Below, one piece after another: positions 49,803 to 59,840 of a stretch of 64,000 nucleotides of DNA. Each line of letters opens with the position of its first letter. Position 1 is the stretch's first letter. The notes below the pieces were generated by a model, which did no database searches, had not been told where the DNA came from, and saw only the letters and a list, made by a program, of their open reading frames with translations. Source of the stretch: Candidatus Marinacidobacterales bacterium (GTDB lineage Bacteria; Acidobacteriota; Vicinamibacteria; Marinacidobacterales; DATDRI01). The position numbers were made by a program, and so were the translations under genes. The stretch spans positions 1,024,001 to 1,088,000 of the forward strand of contig CBDCNP010000002.1 of NCBI GenBank assembly GCA_965219415.1, read 5' to 3'.

Positions 49803-51434
49803 ATGACGCTCAAACGGATTAGCTTTCCGATACTAGCCATTCTCGGGACCAGTCTAACGTTCGTCCATGGCTCAACTCAAAATGAGGAGAGAAACGGCAG
49901 CCACGGGAAGTTGGTGAGTCTCTTCGATGAGTTTCGAGAGCTCGCCAAGCCCACATTGACCGATGGTATTCCCAACTACGGGCAAGCCGCCATGGCGAGA
50001 CAATGGGACTCACTAAAAGAACTCCAGGATCGTCTGGCGGGCATAGATATCAGCACCTGGCCCGTTTCTCAACAGGTGGATCACCATATCGTCGGGGCGG
50101 AGATGAACGGCCTCGATTTCTACCACCGCGTTCTCCAGCCCTGGGTTCATAACCCCGGATTCTATGACACCGAGCTGATCTCCGGTTTCCCGTCACGGGG
50201 CGACGGCATCAACGTTTTCATGATTGATTTCCCCCTGGCGAATGATGAGGTCGCGGGCCTACAGATGCAGCTACAGGCCGTGCCGAAGCTATTCCAGCAG
50301 GCCAAAAAGAACCTTACCGCGCCGGCCCGGGAATTGGCCATCATCGCCATCCGCACCAAGGAAAAGAAGATCCTCATGTTCCAGGATCTCGCAGAGCGCC
50401 TAGAACCGCATCATCCGGAATTGGTTCCCTTCGCGGAGCAGGCGCTGGCCGCGGTCACCACTTACCGTAACTGGCTCCGGGAGACGAAAGACGAAATGAC
50501 CTTCCCTGCCGGTGTCGGGAAGGAGAATTTTAATTGGTGGATGAAAAACGTTTGGCTGTATCCCCGCACGTGGGAAGAGATCATGAACATCGCCCTCCGG
50601 GAATACCATAGGGCCATCGCATTCCTGAAGCTCGAGGAAAACAAAAACAAGAGGTACCCAGAGCTTGCCTACGTATCTACTGAAGAAGAGCACGCACGCT
50701 TGTGGAACAAAGCGGAGGACTACGCAACCCAGTTCGTCCGCCATAGTGAGGTTTTCACCGTCCCTGACTACCATACTCCTAGCGGTCCACATCGCCCTTG
50801 GGTGCCCGCCTCCGAGCGTGACGGCGAGTGCGCCGAGTTTTTTGAGCAGGCCGAGCGACATGATCCTACGGCGCAGGTTGGGCACAATCATCTGGGACAT
50901 CACCTTGACGGACTCAAGCTTCAGCGCAACGAACGTCCGATTCGCAACTCGTACCCTCTTTTTGGTGGAGTCAGAGCCGAAGCGTTATCCACGTTCATGG
51001 AAGAGGGCTTGATGATTGCAGGACTCCACGACAAGTGGGACCTGAACCCTCGGAGCCGGGAAGTCATCTACATTTCCCTTGCCTGGCGGGCGACGCGGGC
51101 CATCGCCGACCTGAAGCTGCACAGCAACGAATTCACCATGGACCAAGCGCTCCAGCATTGCGTGGAGTGGTGCCCTAGAGGTTGGGAATGCAAAAAAGAC
51201 ATGGACACCTGGTACGATCTTCACTACAGCATGCTGCAACCAGGACACGCGACGATCTATATCAATGGGAAAAACGAAATCGAACGTTTAATGGCGGACC
51301 GCGCCATGCAGCTGGGCGCCGCCTTTAATTTGCGAGAGTTTATGGACGATTTTCTCAACTTGGGAATGATTCCCCTCTCGCTGGCCCGGTGGGAGATGAC
51401 GGGGCTTGATGATGAGATTCTGCAGCTCAGATAG
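49803..51434 (+). CDS. DUF885-like secreted protein
   Basis: W...QQVD......EMNG.DF..RVL.PW..NP.FY, AGVGKENF.W, RA.RA..DL.LH, QPG....YI.GK and F.D.F...G.IP.SL.RWE. Confidence 0.7.
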   Translation: MTLKRISFPILAILGTSLTFVHGSTQNEERNGSHGKLVSLFDEFRELAKPTLTDGIPNYGQAAMARQWDSLKELQDRLAGIDISTWPVSQQVDHHIVGAEMNGLDFYHRVLQPWVHNPGFYDTELISGFPSRGDGINVFMIDFPLANDEVAGLQMQLQAVPKLFQQAKKNLTAPARELAIIAIRTKEKKILMFQDLAERLEPHHPELVPFAEQALAAVTTYRNWLRETKDEMTFPAGVGKENFNWWMKNVWLYPRTWEEIMNIALREYHRAIAFLKLEENKNKRYPELAYVSTEEEHARLWNKAEDYATQFVRHSEVFTVPDYHTPSGPHRPWVPASERDGECAEFFEQAERHDPTAQVGHNHLGHHLDGLKLQRNERPIRNSYPLFGGVRAEALSTFMEEGLMIAGLHDKWDLNPRSREVIYISLAWRATRAIADLKLHSNEFTMDQALQHCVEWCPRGWECKKDMDTWYDLHYSMLQPGHATIYINGKNEIERLMADRAMQLGAAFNLREFMDDFLNLGMIPLSLARWEMTGLDDEILQLR

Positions 51435-51441
51435 GCAAAAT

Positions 51442-53133
51442 ATGGCTGTGTTTCGACGACTCACAACGGTAACAGCGGCTGTTCTTTTCTCTTCTGCGAC
51501 ATCGGGTCTCTGCCAGCCACTACCAGACCGCTTCGACGTTCTGATCCGAAACGCGAAGATCGTCAACGGTACCGGGAACCCCTGGTTCTCCGCCGACGTG
51601 GGAATCCAGGGCGACACCATCGTTGCCATCGGCAGGCTCGACCACCGACCTGCCGACCGGGTGATCAATGCCGAGGGGTTGGTGGTCTCACCCGGCTTCA
51701 TAGATGTCCATACTCATGTCGACGAAGCGTTCGGGAAGCCCGCATCGAGCGCGATTCTCAACTATCTGATCCAAGGCGTCACCACGGTAAGACCGGGAGC
51801 AGATGGCTCGGGTACGTACAAGATCGCCGAAACAAAGGGCATGTGGGAAGAACACGGGATCGGTACCAATGCGGTTCTGACGATAGGTTTCAACAAGCTT
51901 CGACGGGAGGTCCTCGAGGGCGACCAGCTGCGCTCCCCCACCGAGAAAGAGCTGGAGGCGATGAAGTCGGTGGTTCGTCAGGCCATGCGCGAGGGCGCCT
52001 GGGGAATCAGCACCGGCATCGAGTACGACGGCCTCAACATCTACGCCTCGACAGAAGAAATCATCGAGGTGACGAAGCCGGTGGCCGACCTCGGCGGCAT
52101 TTATATTTCCCACATGCGAGATGAAGCGGCAAAAATGCTGGACGCCATCCGGGAGATCATCCGTATCGGTGAGGAAACGGGCGTTCCCGTCAATATTACT
52201 CACATCAAGGCGACGGGAACCGACAACTGGGGTCTCATGAAGGAGGCAGTGGCCCTCGTCAACGAAGCCCGGGCCCGTGGGGTCGCGATTACCGCGGACC
52301 AATACCCTTTTCTACAAGGCTCACCCATCGACTACATCACTGGGTTAATCGACGTGCCGCCGGACATGGACGAGCTCGCCGCCTTGAATCGCTCGATGCG
52401 CGATGACGAGTCGCGGGAACTGAGAGACCGATTCGTCCGGAAGCTTCAGCAGGCTCTATCCGAAGACAGGCTGCGGGAGCGGCTCCGCGAGTCGACCTAC
52501 GAGCAACGTGAGGCCGATCCCAGTGCGGTTGCCCGATGGGGATGGCAGGACTTCCGGATCAAGGTCGCCGTGAAGAACGCTCGGCTTGTCGACATGACGC
52601 TGACCGAGCTCATCGAGGAACAAGATCGAGACGGCTTCGACATCGTCGCCGATCTCATCCTCGACGAGCCCGACATTCTCTTCGCGGCGGCATCGCAGTC
52701 GCCGAAAGACATGAGTCTTGCGCTCGTTCAGGACTGGGTCATGATCGCAAGCGACGGGGGAGGATTTCCGGTCATCGAAGACTCGGCCCGCCCGGTCCTG
52801 GCTCATCCCCGATCCTTCGCCAGCCAGTCAGTCGCACTCCGCAAGTTCGTGAGGGAGGAAGAGCTCCTCACCTTGGAAGACGCCATCCGGAAGATGACCT
52901 CTCTCCCCGCGCAGTTTCTCGGGATGACGAATCGAGGACTCTTACTCGAGGGCTTCAAGGCCGACATCGTCATCTTCGATCCGGAGACCATCCGCAACAA
53001 CGCCACCTATGCCGACGCCCGCAAGTACGCCAGTGGTGTCGAGTATGTGATCGTCGGTGGTCAGATCAGCGTCGCGAGCGGACAGCACAACGGCGCCCTC
53101 AACGGTAAGGTGCTCCTGAAGACGGAGCAGTGA
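51442..53133 (+). CDS. N-acyl-D-amino-acid deacylase family amidohydrolase
   Basis: ADVGI.GD.I, PGFIDVHTH, GA.G.STG.EY, Y.SHMRDE, HIK, SDG, HPR and E.AIRKMTSLPA. Confidence 0.9.
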   Translation: MAVFRRLTTVTAAVLFSSATSGLCQPLPDRFDVLIRNAKIVNGTGNPWFSADVGIQGDTIVAIGRLDHRPADRVINAEGLVVSPGFIDVHTHVDEAFGKPASSAILNYLIQGVTTVRPGADGSGTYKIAETKGMWEEHGIGTNAVLTIGFNKLRREVLEGDQLRSPTEKELEAMKSVVRQAMREGAWGISTGIEYDGLNIYASTEEIIEVTKPVADLGGIYISHMRDEAAKMLDAIREIIRIGEETGVPVNITHIKATGTDNWGLMKEAVALVNEARARGVAITADQYPFLQGSPIDYITGLIDVPPDMDELAALNRSMRDDESRELRDRFVRKLQQALSEDRLRERLRESTYEQREADPSAVARWGWQDFRIKVAVKNARLVDMTLTELIEEQDRDGFDIVADLILDEPDILFAAASQSPKDMSLALVQDWVMIASDGGGFPVIEDSARPVLAHPRSFASQSVALRKFVREEELLTLEDAIRKMTSLPAQFLGMTNRGLLLEGFKADIVIFDPETIRNNATYADARKYASGVEYVIVGGQISVASGQHNGALNGKVLLKTEQ

Positions 53134-53178
53134 CCACATCAACAACCTCGCCCGGGCGAGATTGTCTTCAGATCGACT

Positions 53179-54563
53179 TCAACGGATGAGCACGATCCCG
53201 TCATTCGCCGGCTGAATCCATTCCACGCCCCGGCTGGTTACGACTTGAGGATTCGAAAAATTGATAGAAATCGGATAGCCGGGTCTTTCAGCAATGTTCG
53301 TATGGACCGCGTATTTCAAAAGCGAATACATGGTTCTCCTGGATCTTCAAACGGTGAGTGTCTGGCCGGAATGTTGCCATAGAAGGTCCGATATCGCCCG
53401 AATTACCGAGGGCGTGCAGATCAATGTAGAAAGCTGGCTTATCGGTATTGGCGAGCGCCCTCTGGATTATCTTGTAGTCTTCAGTGCCAATATCGGTAAA
53501 GGGTGTGTGTATATAGCCCGCCTCCTCCAGCGCGGAAACCATGGCCGACAAAGACTCTCCGGCGGTCATCCCGATTCTCACATGGGGCCGAATAATCGCC
53601 TGCGCCTTCTTCCCCAGATTCCAAGCATTCTGTATAAAATCAGGAGGCTCTGTCTCCCCTTCTCTCAAGATATACACATGAATCTTGGTGTCCACCTCAA
53701 AACCCATATAACTGTAACCGCCCCCGGCCGCAAAGAAATCGCCAGGCTGATAAACGTGATCAGGGTCATTGATCCACCAGCGCGCATCCGGTGGGGCGGT
53801 GCGTTTGCCCCTGGCCGTGTAGTAGATGCGTCCCCATACATCCCTTATCGTCGTTTTCCCCGGCACGATATTAGCTATTCTCTCTAAACTACGCTGGCGA
53901 GCCATTGCCAGTGTATGGGTCTGTGCCGCGATTTCCCTACTCGTCCTCCTGGCAACGAAATCCATGATGACATTCTCTGCAGACACGATTCTCTGAGAGT
54001 ATTTGGGCCCTAGAATTTCTTCCAGTCTCAAATAGGAATAATGTGAAATCCCATCAGCTAAGGGGAGCCACTCGGATGTATTTACTGCAATCGTTTTTGG
54101 ATCGCGTTGAGCGACAAACTCCGTTATCTCGTCGTAGACATCCGGTATCGTAAAAGTCTGCAGAGGGTCTAGATTGTTATAGTTATAGCCACTCAAAGCC
54201 AGCCCAACATCGCGAGAGCCCGTGCAGGTCAATGTTTTCAACTGCCCCAGCATCGCCAAACACGGCCCGCTCAATGCGGTCGCCCAGGTCGGTAAAAATT
54301 AAATAGCCGTTGATTGCCCCAAAATGCTGAGCCATCGGGTCTCCGCTCGCGTGTGCAAAGATCCCCCCTGTCCGAGCGACGTGAATCCACATGTCCACAT
54401 TGTTGTCGCGCATAGCTCCGGGCAGAATGAGGTCGAGTTTTCCGTTTCTTATCAGACGAAGCACTTCCCTATCGGATTCTCGCGTAAACGCGTCTGTCTG
54501 CGCACTGACGATAGGTGCGGTGAACGTCACGATAGCTAAGACCAGAATGGCGCGGAACATCAT
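53179..54563 (-). CDS. Secreted M24-fold protein, paralog 2, frameshifts near 54222 and 53315
   Basis: Clearly homologous to 48366..49769. The corrected end reads FAFEYAVHTNIAERPGYPISINFSNPQVVTSRGVEWIQPANDGIVLIR*. Confidence 0.72.
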
Positions 54564-54581
54564 TGTGTACCTCCCTTAAAC

Positions 54582-56672
54582 CCGAACTACCGGCGAGAGT
54601 TCCTGAAGATCTTCGGCGGTGGAATCGTCATCCTTGTGGCGATCGAGGAAGCACCCACCGCCCAAGAGTCTGGGGGGCGGCGACGGCGGCGCGGGGATCC
54701 GCTTCCCGAAGAGCTCGCGGCCTGGCTCCACATCGGTGAAGACGGCGTGGTCACCGTCTATACGGGCAAGGTCGAAATAGGGCAAAACATCCGTACCTCT
54801 CTTGCACAGGCGGTCGCCGACGAGCTGCGTTTGCCGGTGGAATCCGTGCAGTTGGTCATGGGCGATACCGACCGCACGCCGTACGACCGCGGAACCTTCG
54901 GAAGTAACAGCACGCCGCGGATAGCACCCCAACTGCGGAGGGCCTCGGCCACAGCGAGGGAAATACTCATCGATTTGGCCGCAGAGCAATGGAACGTGGA
55001 TCGCACCACCCTCGTCGTCGTCGACGGAAAGGTTTCGGATCCGCAGAGGACTCGCTCCCTCGCGTTCGGTGAGCTCACGAAGGGCCAGAGGCTCACGCAA
55101 ACGATCACCGACCCGGCCCCCACGACTCCCGCCGAGCGATGGCGCGAGGCCGGTGAGCCGGCCTCGAAAGTGAATGGACGTGCCTTCGTGACGGGACAGC
55201 ACCGCTTCGCTTCCGATCTCAAGCTACCCGAGATGATGTACGGGAAGGTTCTCCGACCGTCGTCCTTCGGCGCGACATTAGTTTCCCTCGACCCCAGCCA
55301 AGCGAAGGCGATGGACAGTGTGGTGGTGGTCAGAGACAGAGACGGCGACTTCGTAGGGGTGGTCGCGCCGAGCGAGGATCAAGCCGCGCGAGCCGTCGAT
55401 GCGATCCGAGCCGAATGGACATCGACGTCCCATCCCTCTTCGAAAAACGTTTTCGATTACCTCAAGGCGAATCCCTTGGAAGCCCGAGGCTGGCGCGGCC
55501 CAGCGCGTCACACCGAGGGCTCGATCGCGGACGGACTGGCCGCGGCGGACCGAACGCTCGAGGAGCGTTACACCATCGCCTATATCGCCCACGCACCTTT
55601 GGAGCCCCGCGCCGCGGTGGCAGAGTGGACCGACGGCAAGCTCACGGTTTGGACCGGAACGCAGCGACCCTTCGGGGTTCGAGACGCCCTGGCCGAGGCG
55701 TTTCATCTTCCCGAGGACCAAGTGCGCGTCATCATGCCCGACATGGGCTCTGGCTACGGAGGCAAGCATACCGGCGAGTGTGCGATTGAAGCGGCGCGTC
55801 TAGCCAAATCCACCGGCCGGCCGGTGAAGTTGGTGTGGACCCGAGAGGAAGAGTTCACCTGGGCCTACTTCCGACCCGGTGGACTCATCGAGGTGAAGAG
55901 CGGTGCGAAGAAAGACGGAACGATCACCGCATGGGAGTTTCACAACTACAACTCCGGTGGCTCGGCGATCGAGGGGCTCTACGAGATTCCCAACCGGCAG
56001 ATCGAGTTCCATCCTGCCCGTTCGCCTCTCCGGCAAGGCTCTTATAGGGGCCTCGCTGCCACCGCGAATCATTTCGCGCGCGAGTCGCACATGGACGAGC
56101 TCGCTCACGCGGTTGGTATGGATCCCCTCGAGTTTCGCTTGAGAAACCTGAAGGACGAGCGTTTGATCGCTGTTCTCGAAGCAGCAGCGAAACAGTTCGG
56201 ATGGGGAAACAGAAAGGCCTCGAAAGATCGGGGCTTTGGTCTCGCCGGGGGATTCGAAAAGGAGTCTTACGTAGCCACGTTCGCAGAGTTGTCCATCGAG
56301 CGGCCAAGCGGAAAGGTCCGTATCGACCGGCTGTTGACGGCTTTCGAGTGCGGAGCGGTGGTGAATCCCGACGGCCTGAAGAATCAGATCGAGGGCTCGG
56401 TGATCATGGGAATTGGCGGCGCGCTGTTCGAGGCGATCGACTTCGCCGAGGGCAAGATCGAAAACGCGTTCTTCTCGCAGTATCGGGTGCCGCGGTTCAG
56501 TGACGTCCCTGTCCTGGAGACGGTTCTCCTCGACCGTAAAGACTTGCCTTCGGCGGGAGCGGGTGAGACTCCCATCGTTTGCGTGGCACCCGCGGTGGGT
56601 AACGCCATCTTCAGCGCGACCGGTGTTCGGCTGCGGTCGCTCCCGATGGCTCCGGACGGGCTAAAAGCTTGA
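54582..56672 (+). CDS. Xanthine-oxidase-family molybdopterin-binding subunit (IorB-like), 5'-truncated
   Basis: GKVEIGQ, GTFGS, HAPLEP, G.G.GGK, RPVKLVWTREEE, VNPDG..NQ.EG and GAGE. In-frame RREFLK at 54591 has no start codon upstream. Confidence 0.88.
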   Translation, partial: PNYRREFLKIFGGGIVILVAIEEAPTAQESGGRRRRRGDPLPEELAAWLHIGEDGVVTVYTGKVEIGQNIRTSLAQAVADELRLPVESVQLVMGDTDRTPYDRGTFGSNSTPRIAPQLRRASATAREILIDLAAEQWNVDRTTLVVVDGKVSDPQRTRSLAFGELTKGQRLTQTITDPAPTTPAERWREAGEPASKVNGRAFVTGQHRFASDLKLPEMMYGKVLRPSSFGATLVSLDPSQAKAMDSVVVVRDRDGDFVGVVAPSEDQAARAVDAIRAEWTSTSHPSSKNVFDYLKANPLEARGWRGPARHTEGSIADGLAAADRTLEERYTIAYIAHAPLEPRAAVAEWTDGKLTVWTGTQRPFGVRDALAEAFHLPEDQVRVIMPDMGSGYGGKHTGECAIEAARLAKSTGRPVKLVWTREEEFTWAYFRPGGLIEVKSGAKKDGTITAWEFHNYNSGGSAIEGLYEIPNRQIEFHPARSPLRQGSYRGLAATANHFARESHMDELAHAVGMDPLEFRLRNLKDERLIAVLEAAAKQFGWGNRKASKDRGFGLAGGFEKESYVATFAELSIERPSGKVRIDRLLTAFECGAVVNPDGLKNQIEGSVIMGIGGALFEAIDFAEGKIENAFFSQYRVPRFSDVPVLETVLLDRKDLPSAGAGETPIVCVAPAVGNAIFSATGVRLRSLPMAPDGLKA

Positions 56673-56695
56673 AGAAGCTCACCAGTTACCGCCCG

Positions 56696-57181
56696 CTATC
56701 GGATGACGAGTACTCGTTCCTGCGGAGGGTATAACCATTCGATGCCGCGCTCCGTGATGAGCGCGTTCTCCTCGACGTTGACACCGATCTTCGCTCCTCC
56801 CCACTCCTTCGCTAGCCTGAAGATCCGATATTCCAGCGAGATGATAGTGTTGGGGCGGACTTCGTACCCAAGCTGAATCCGTTCGATTCGGCCCTCACCG
56901 CGGTCGAAGAAGATAAAGGTCCCCTGACCGTTGACGGTATCGATTCCAAAGTCGCGCGCCATGGGTTCGGTGCCCCGACCACGATCCAACACGATCCACA
57001 TGTCGATGCCGTTGCGGCGCATGGCGGTTGGAAGGACGTAGTCGAACTTGTCCTTGCGGAGCATGCATGAGACTTCCCAGAGGGAGCGCGCATCGCCGGC
57101 CGTAGCCGTGCGCACAAGCAAAGGACTCAAACTCGAAATCAAGAAACTCAGTAAGGCGGTGACATTGAATGATTTGGACAT
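56696..57181 (-). pseudogene. M24-fold paralog 3 with a large in-frame internal deletion
   Basis: N-terminus (KFDYVLPTAMRRNGIDMWI...GRIER) is fused directly to the C-terminus (PNTIISLEY...VEENALITERGIEWLYPPQERVLVIR). 161 aa versus about 460 aa. Confidence 0.78.
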
Positions 57182-57323
57182 TTTGATTTCCTCTATTTGC
57201 GGTACGGTTCAATAATTAATGTCGTTGCTCCATATTTCCCATCCGGCAACACTCGGTGGGTAGCTTGGGGGGAATCTCGTCCAGACGAAATTCCATGAGC
57301 CGACCGAAAAGCGCGCCATCGCC

Positions 57324-59840
57324 TCACTCGTTGTCGGTGGGAACGAGCCGCTCGAGCTCGTCGAGCCAGTTTTGGATCACGATGATCTCGCTTCCGGCGA
57401 TGTCCGTCTCGCTCTCACGAATCATGACGAACCTCTCGCCGTCCGGGGTAACGTCGTAAGTGCGGCCGCGAGTACGTGCGGTCCGCCAGCGCCAGTAGGG
57501 GCCGGAGAACAGCACTTGCGGATCCCCGACACCAAAAGCAGAGGTCGTCTCGACCGAGACCGCCAACACCGCTCGACCGTCTCGATAGAAAAGCTCACGC
57601 CCATCCGCGGACCAAAGAGGCTCTGTTCCACTTTCTCGGGATACGCGCCATTTGCCATCGCCCAGATTCGGAAACGGGCTGACGTAGATTCTCTCGCCGG
57701 CCCGACTCGTCGGAGGTATAGGCCAACCATCGCCCGTCGGGCGAGATTTGTGGGTTGGTCTCTGCAAATTCGGTTGCGGGCAGCGTTCGTGGCAGGGGCT
57801 CACCCTTCAACGAAACACTCCCGAGGTCCCGGCCCGTCTCGGGGTTCCACTCGTGGTACGTCAACGTCGCCCCGGCGGGATCGATCGACCAGGGGATCTC
57901 AGACCCGCGGAGTGAAGTCAGGCGCTCGGACTGGCCCGTCCGCTCTTTTCGAAAACAGCGCGTACCCGCTCTCCAGAAGGGATAGAAAGAGCACGTGTTG
58001 TCCATCGGGGGTCCAAAGAGGCCAACGGTCCTCATACGGGTCGAATGTCAACTGGCTAGCCGTCTCCCCGGCTACGTCGTACAGCCACACATCTTCAATG
58101 GCCGACCCTAGCACTTCGAGCGCGATCCGTGTCCCGTCCGGTGAAACCTGGACCGTGTTGTACTCGAGCAGTGAGGCACCAAGAGGCTCCTCTCGTCCGT
58201 CACGATCGATCCACACAAGTTTTCGTTTCGCCCGACTTAGACCACCCGCGATATAAACCGCGGAGCCGTTGTCAGCGAAGTCGAACTGCACGGAGCCTCC
58301 AGCCTCGATGCGAACGTCATCCAGCACACGCACGGGGTTCCCGATCATCTCGAGCCGATCGGTATCGAAACGAACCGCCATCAAAGAGCCACTGCTGTGC
58401 CCATAGATCAGGTGACCCGTGGGCGAATACCGGGGGAAAAACCCGTCTCCCAAAGGGCGCCCCTTTCCAGTCGAAAGCGACAGCACCTCTAGTCGCGTCG
58501 TGCTCAGGGAACCCGACCACACCGCGAAGATCATCTCCTCGCCGTTTGGGAGGAATGTCAGCTCGCCATGGATCGACTCACCCTCGGTAAGCGTTGTGAT
58601 GGGCTCAGGGGTACCGCCGTCCGACGAGACACGCATGAGCCTAAATGTGGTGCTGTCTTGAAACACGATCGTTCCGTTCTCTCCCCACACGGCGACGGGC
58701 CCAGGACTACAGCTACACAGAGTTGTGGGGGGCCCTCCTGAGAGCGGCACCTTCTTCAAGTCACCGTCCGCAGAAGCGAAGCCCACCCACTGGCCGTTCG
58801 GTGAGAAGAACGGGCGACGTGCCCCCTCGGTGCCCGGGATAGCGACCGCCTCGAGACGGTTCATGGAACGATGGTAAAGCTGGTCGCCGTCTTCAGTGAT
58901 AGCAACATAGACCAACTCGCGCCCGTCCGGGGAGATCGCGACGAGCGTTCCAACCCGCGGAGGGAGTTGGCCGCTGACCGGGATCGCGAATCGCGCCGGC
59001 ACTTGGTCTGGCGATATCGAGTTTCGGGACCAGATGGAAACGATGGCGACTATCAGCGCGATACCGGCAACGGCCCAAGCGAGCACGGACCATGAGCGGA
59101 CCGGCGACTGCTTGCTCGTCTCGAAGGCGCCATCTAGTACAAGCCTGACATCCCCAATGTCGCGCACCCGCTCTTTCGGATTCTTCTGCAGGCAGCGTTG
59201 AAGATACAGCTTCAGGGTTGGCGGCGTGTCTCCCGGAAGCCGCTCCCACGACGGCTCGGACTTGATCACGCCGGCGAGAATCTCGGACGCATCACTGCCC
59301 TCGAAGGCCCGGCGCCCGGTCAACATTTCATAGAGCACCGCGCCGAAGGCCCAGATGTCGCACCTCTTGTCGACCGTCTTCCCGCGGGCTTGCTCCGGCG
59401 ACATGTAGGCTGCGGTCCCCATGATCGCGCCGACAACCGTGCCCTTGGTCAAGGTAGGAGATTGGGAGGCACCTGCGCCCGGTGAATCGGCCTCGACCCC
59501 GGCCACCTTGGCCAGACCGAAGTCGAGAATCTTGACTTGCTCGTCGGCCGTGACTTTGATGTTGGCGGGCTTTAGGTCGCGATGAATGATCCCCTTCTCG
59601 TGCGCCGCTTCGAGACCTTTGGCAACTTGCCTCGCCAATGAGAGGGCCTCGTCGAGCCGAACCGGACCGCGCGCGATCCGCTCTGCGAGTGTCTCGCCAT
59701 CGACGAGCTCCATGACTAGGAATTGCTGGCCGTGGGACTGCTCGAGGCCGTGGAGGGTGGCGATGTTCGGGTGGTTGAGCTGAGCGAGAAGCCTGGCCTC
59801 TCGCTCGAACCTGGCTAGCCGCTCTTTGTCTTGGGCGTCG
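57324..59840 (-). pseudogene. Ser/Thr protein kinase with TolB-like propeller; start of the N-lobe missing, several frameshifts in the 3' part
   Basis: RFEREA..LA.LNHPNIA, HRDLKPAN, DFGLAK, GTAAYMSPEQ and DIWAFG, then SPDG repeats. GxGxxG and VAIK are absent. Confidence 0.85.
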
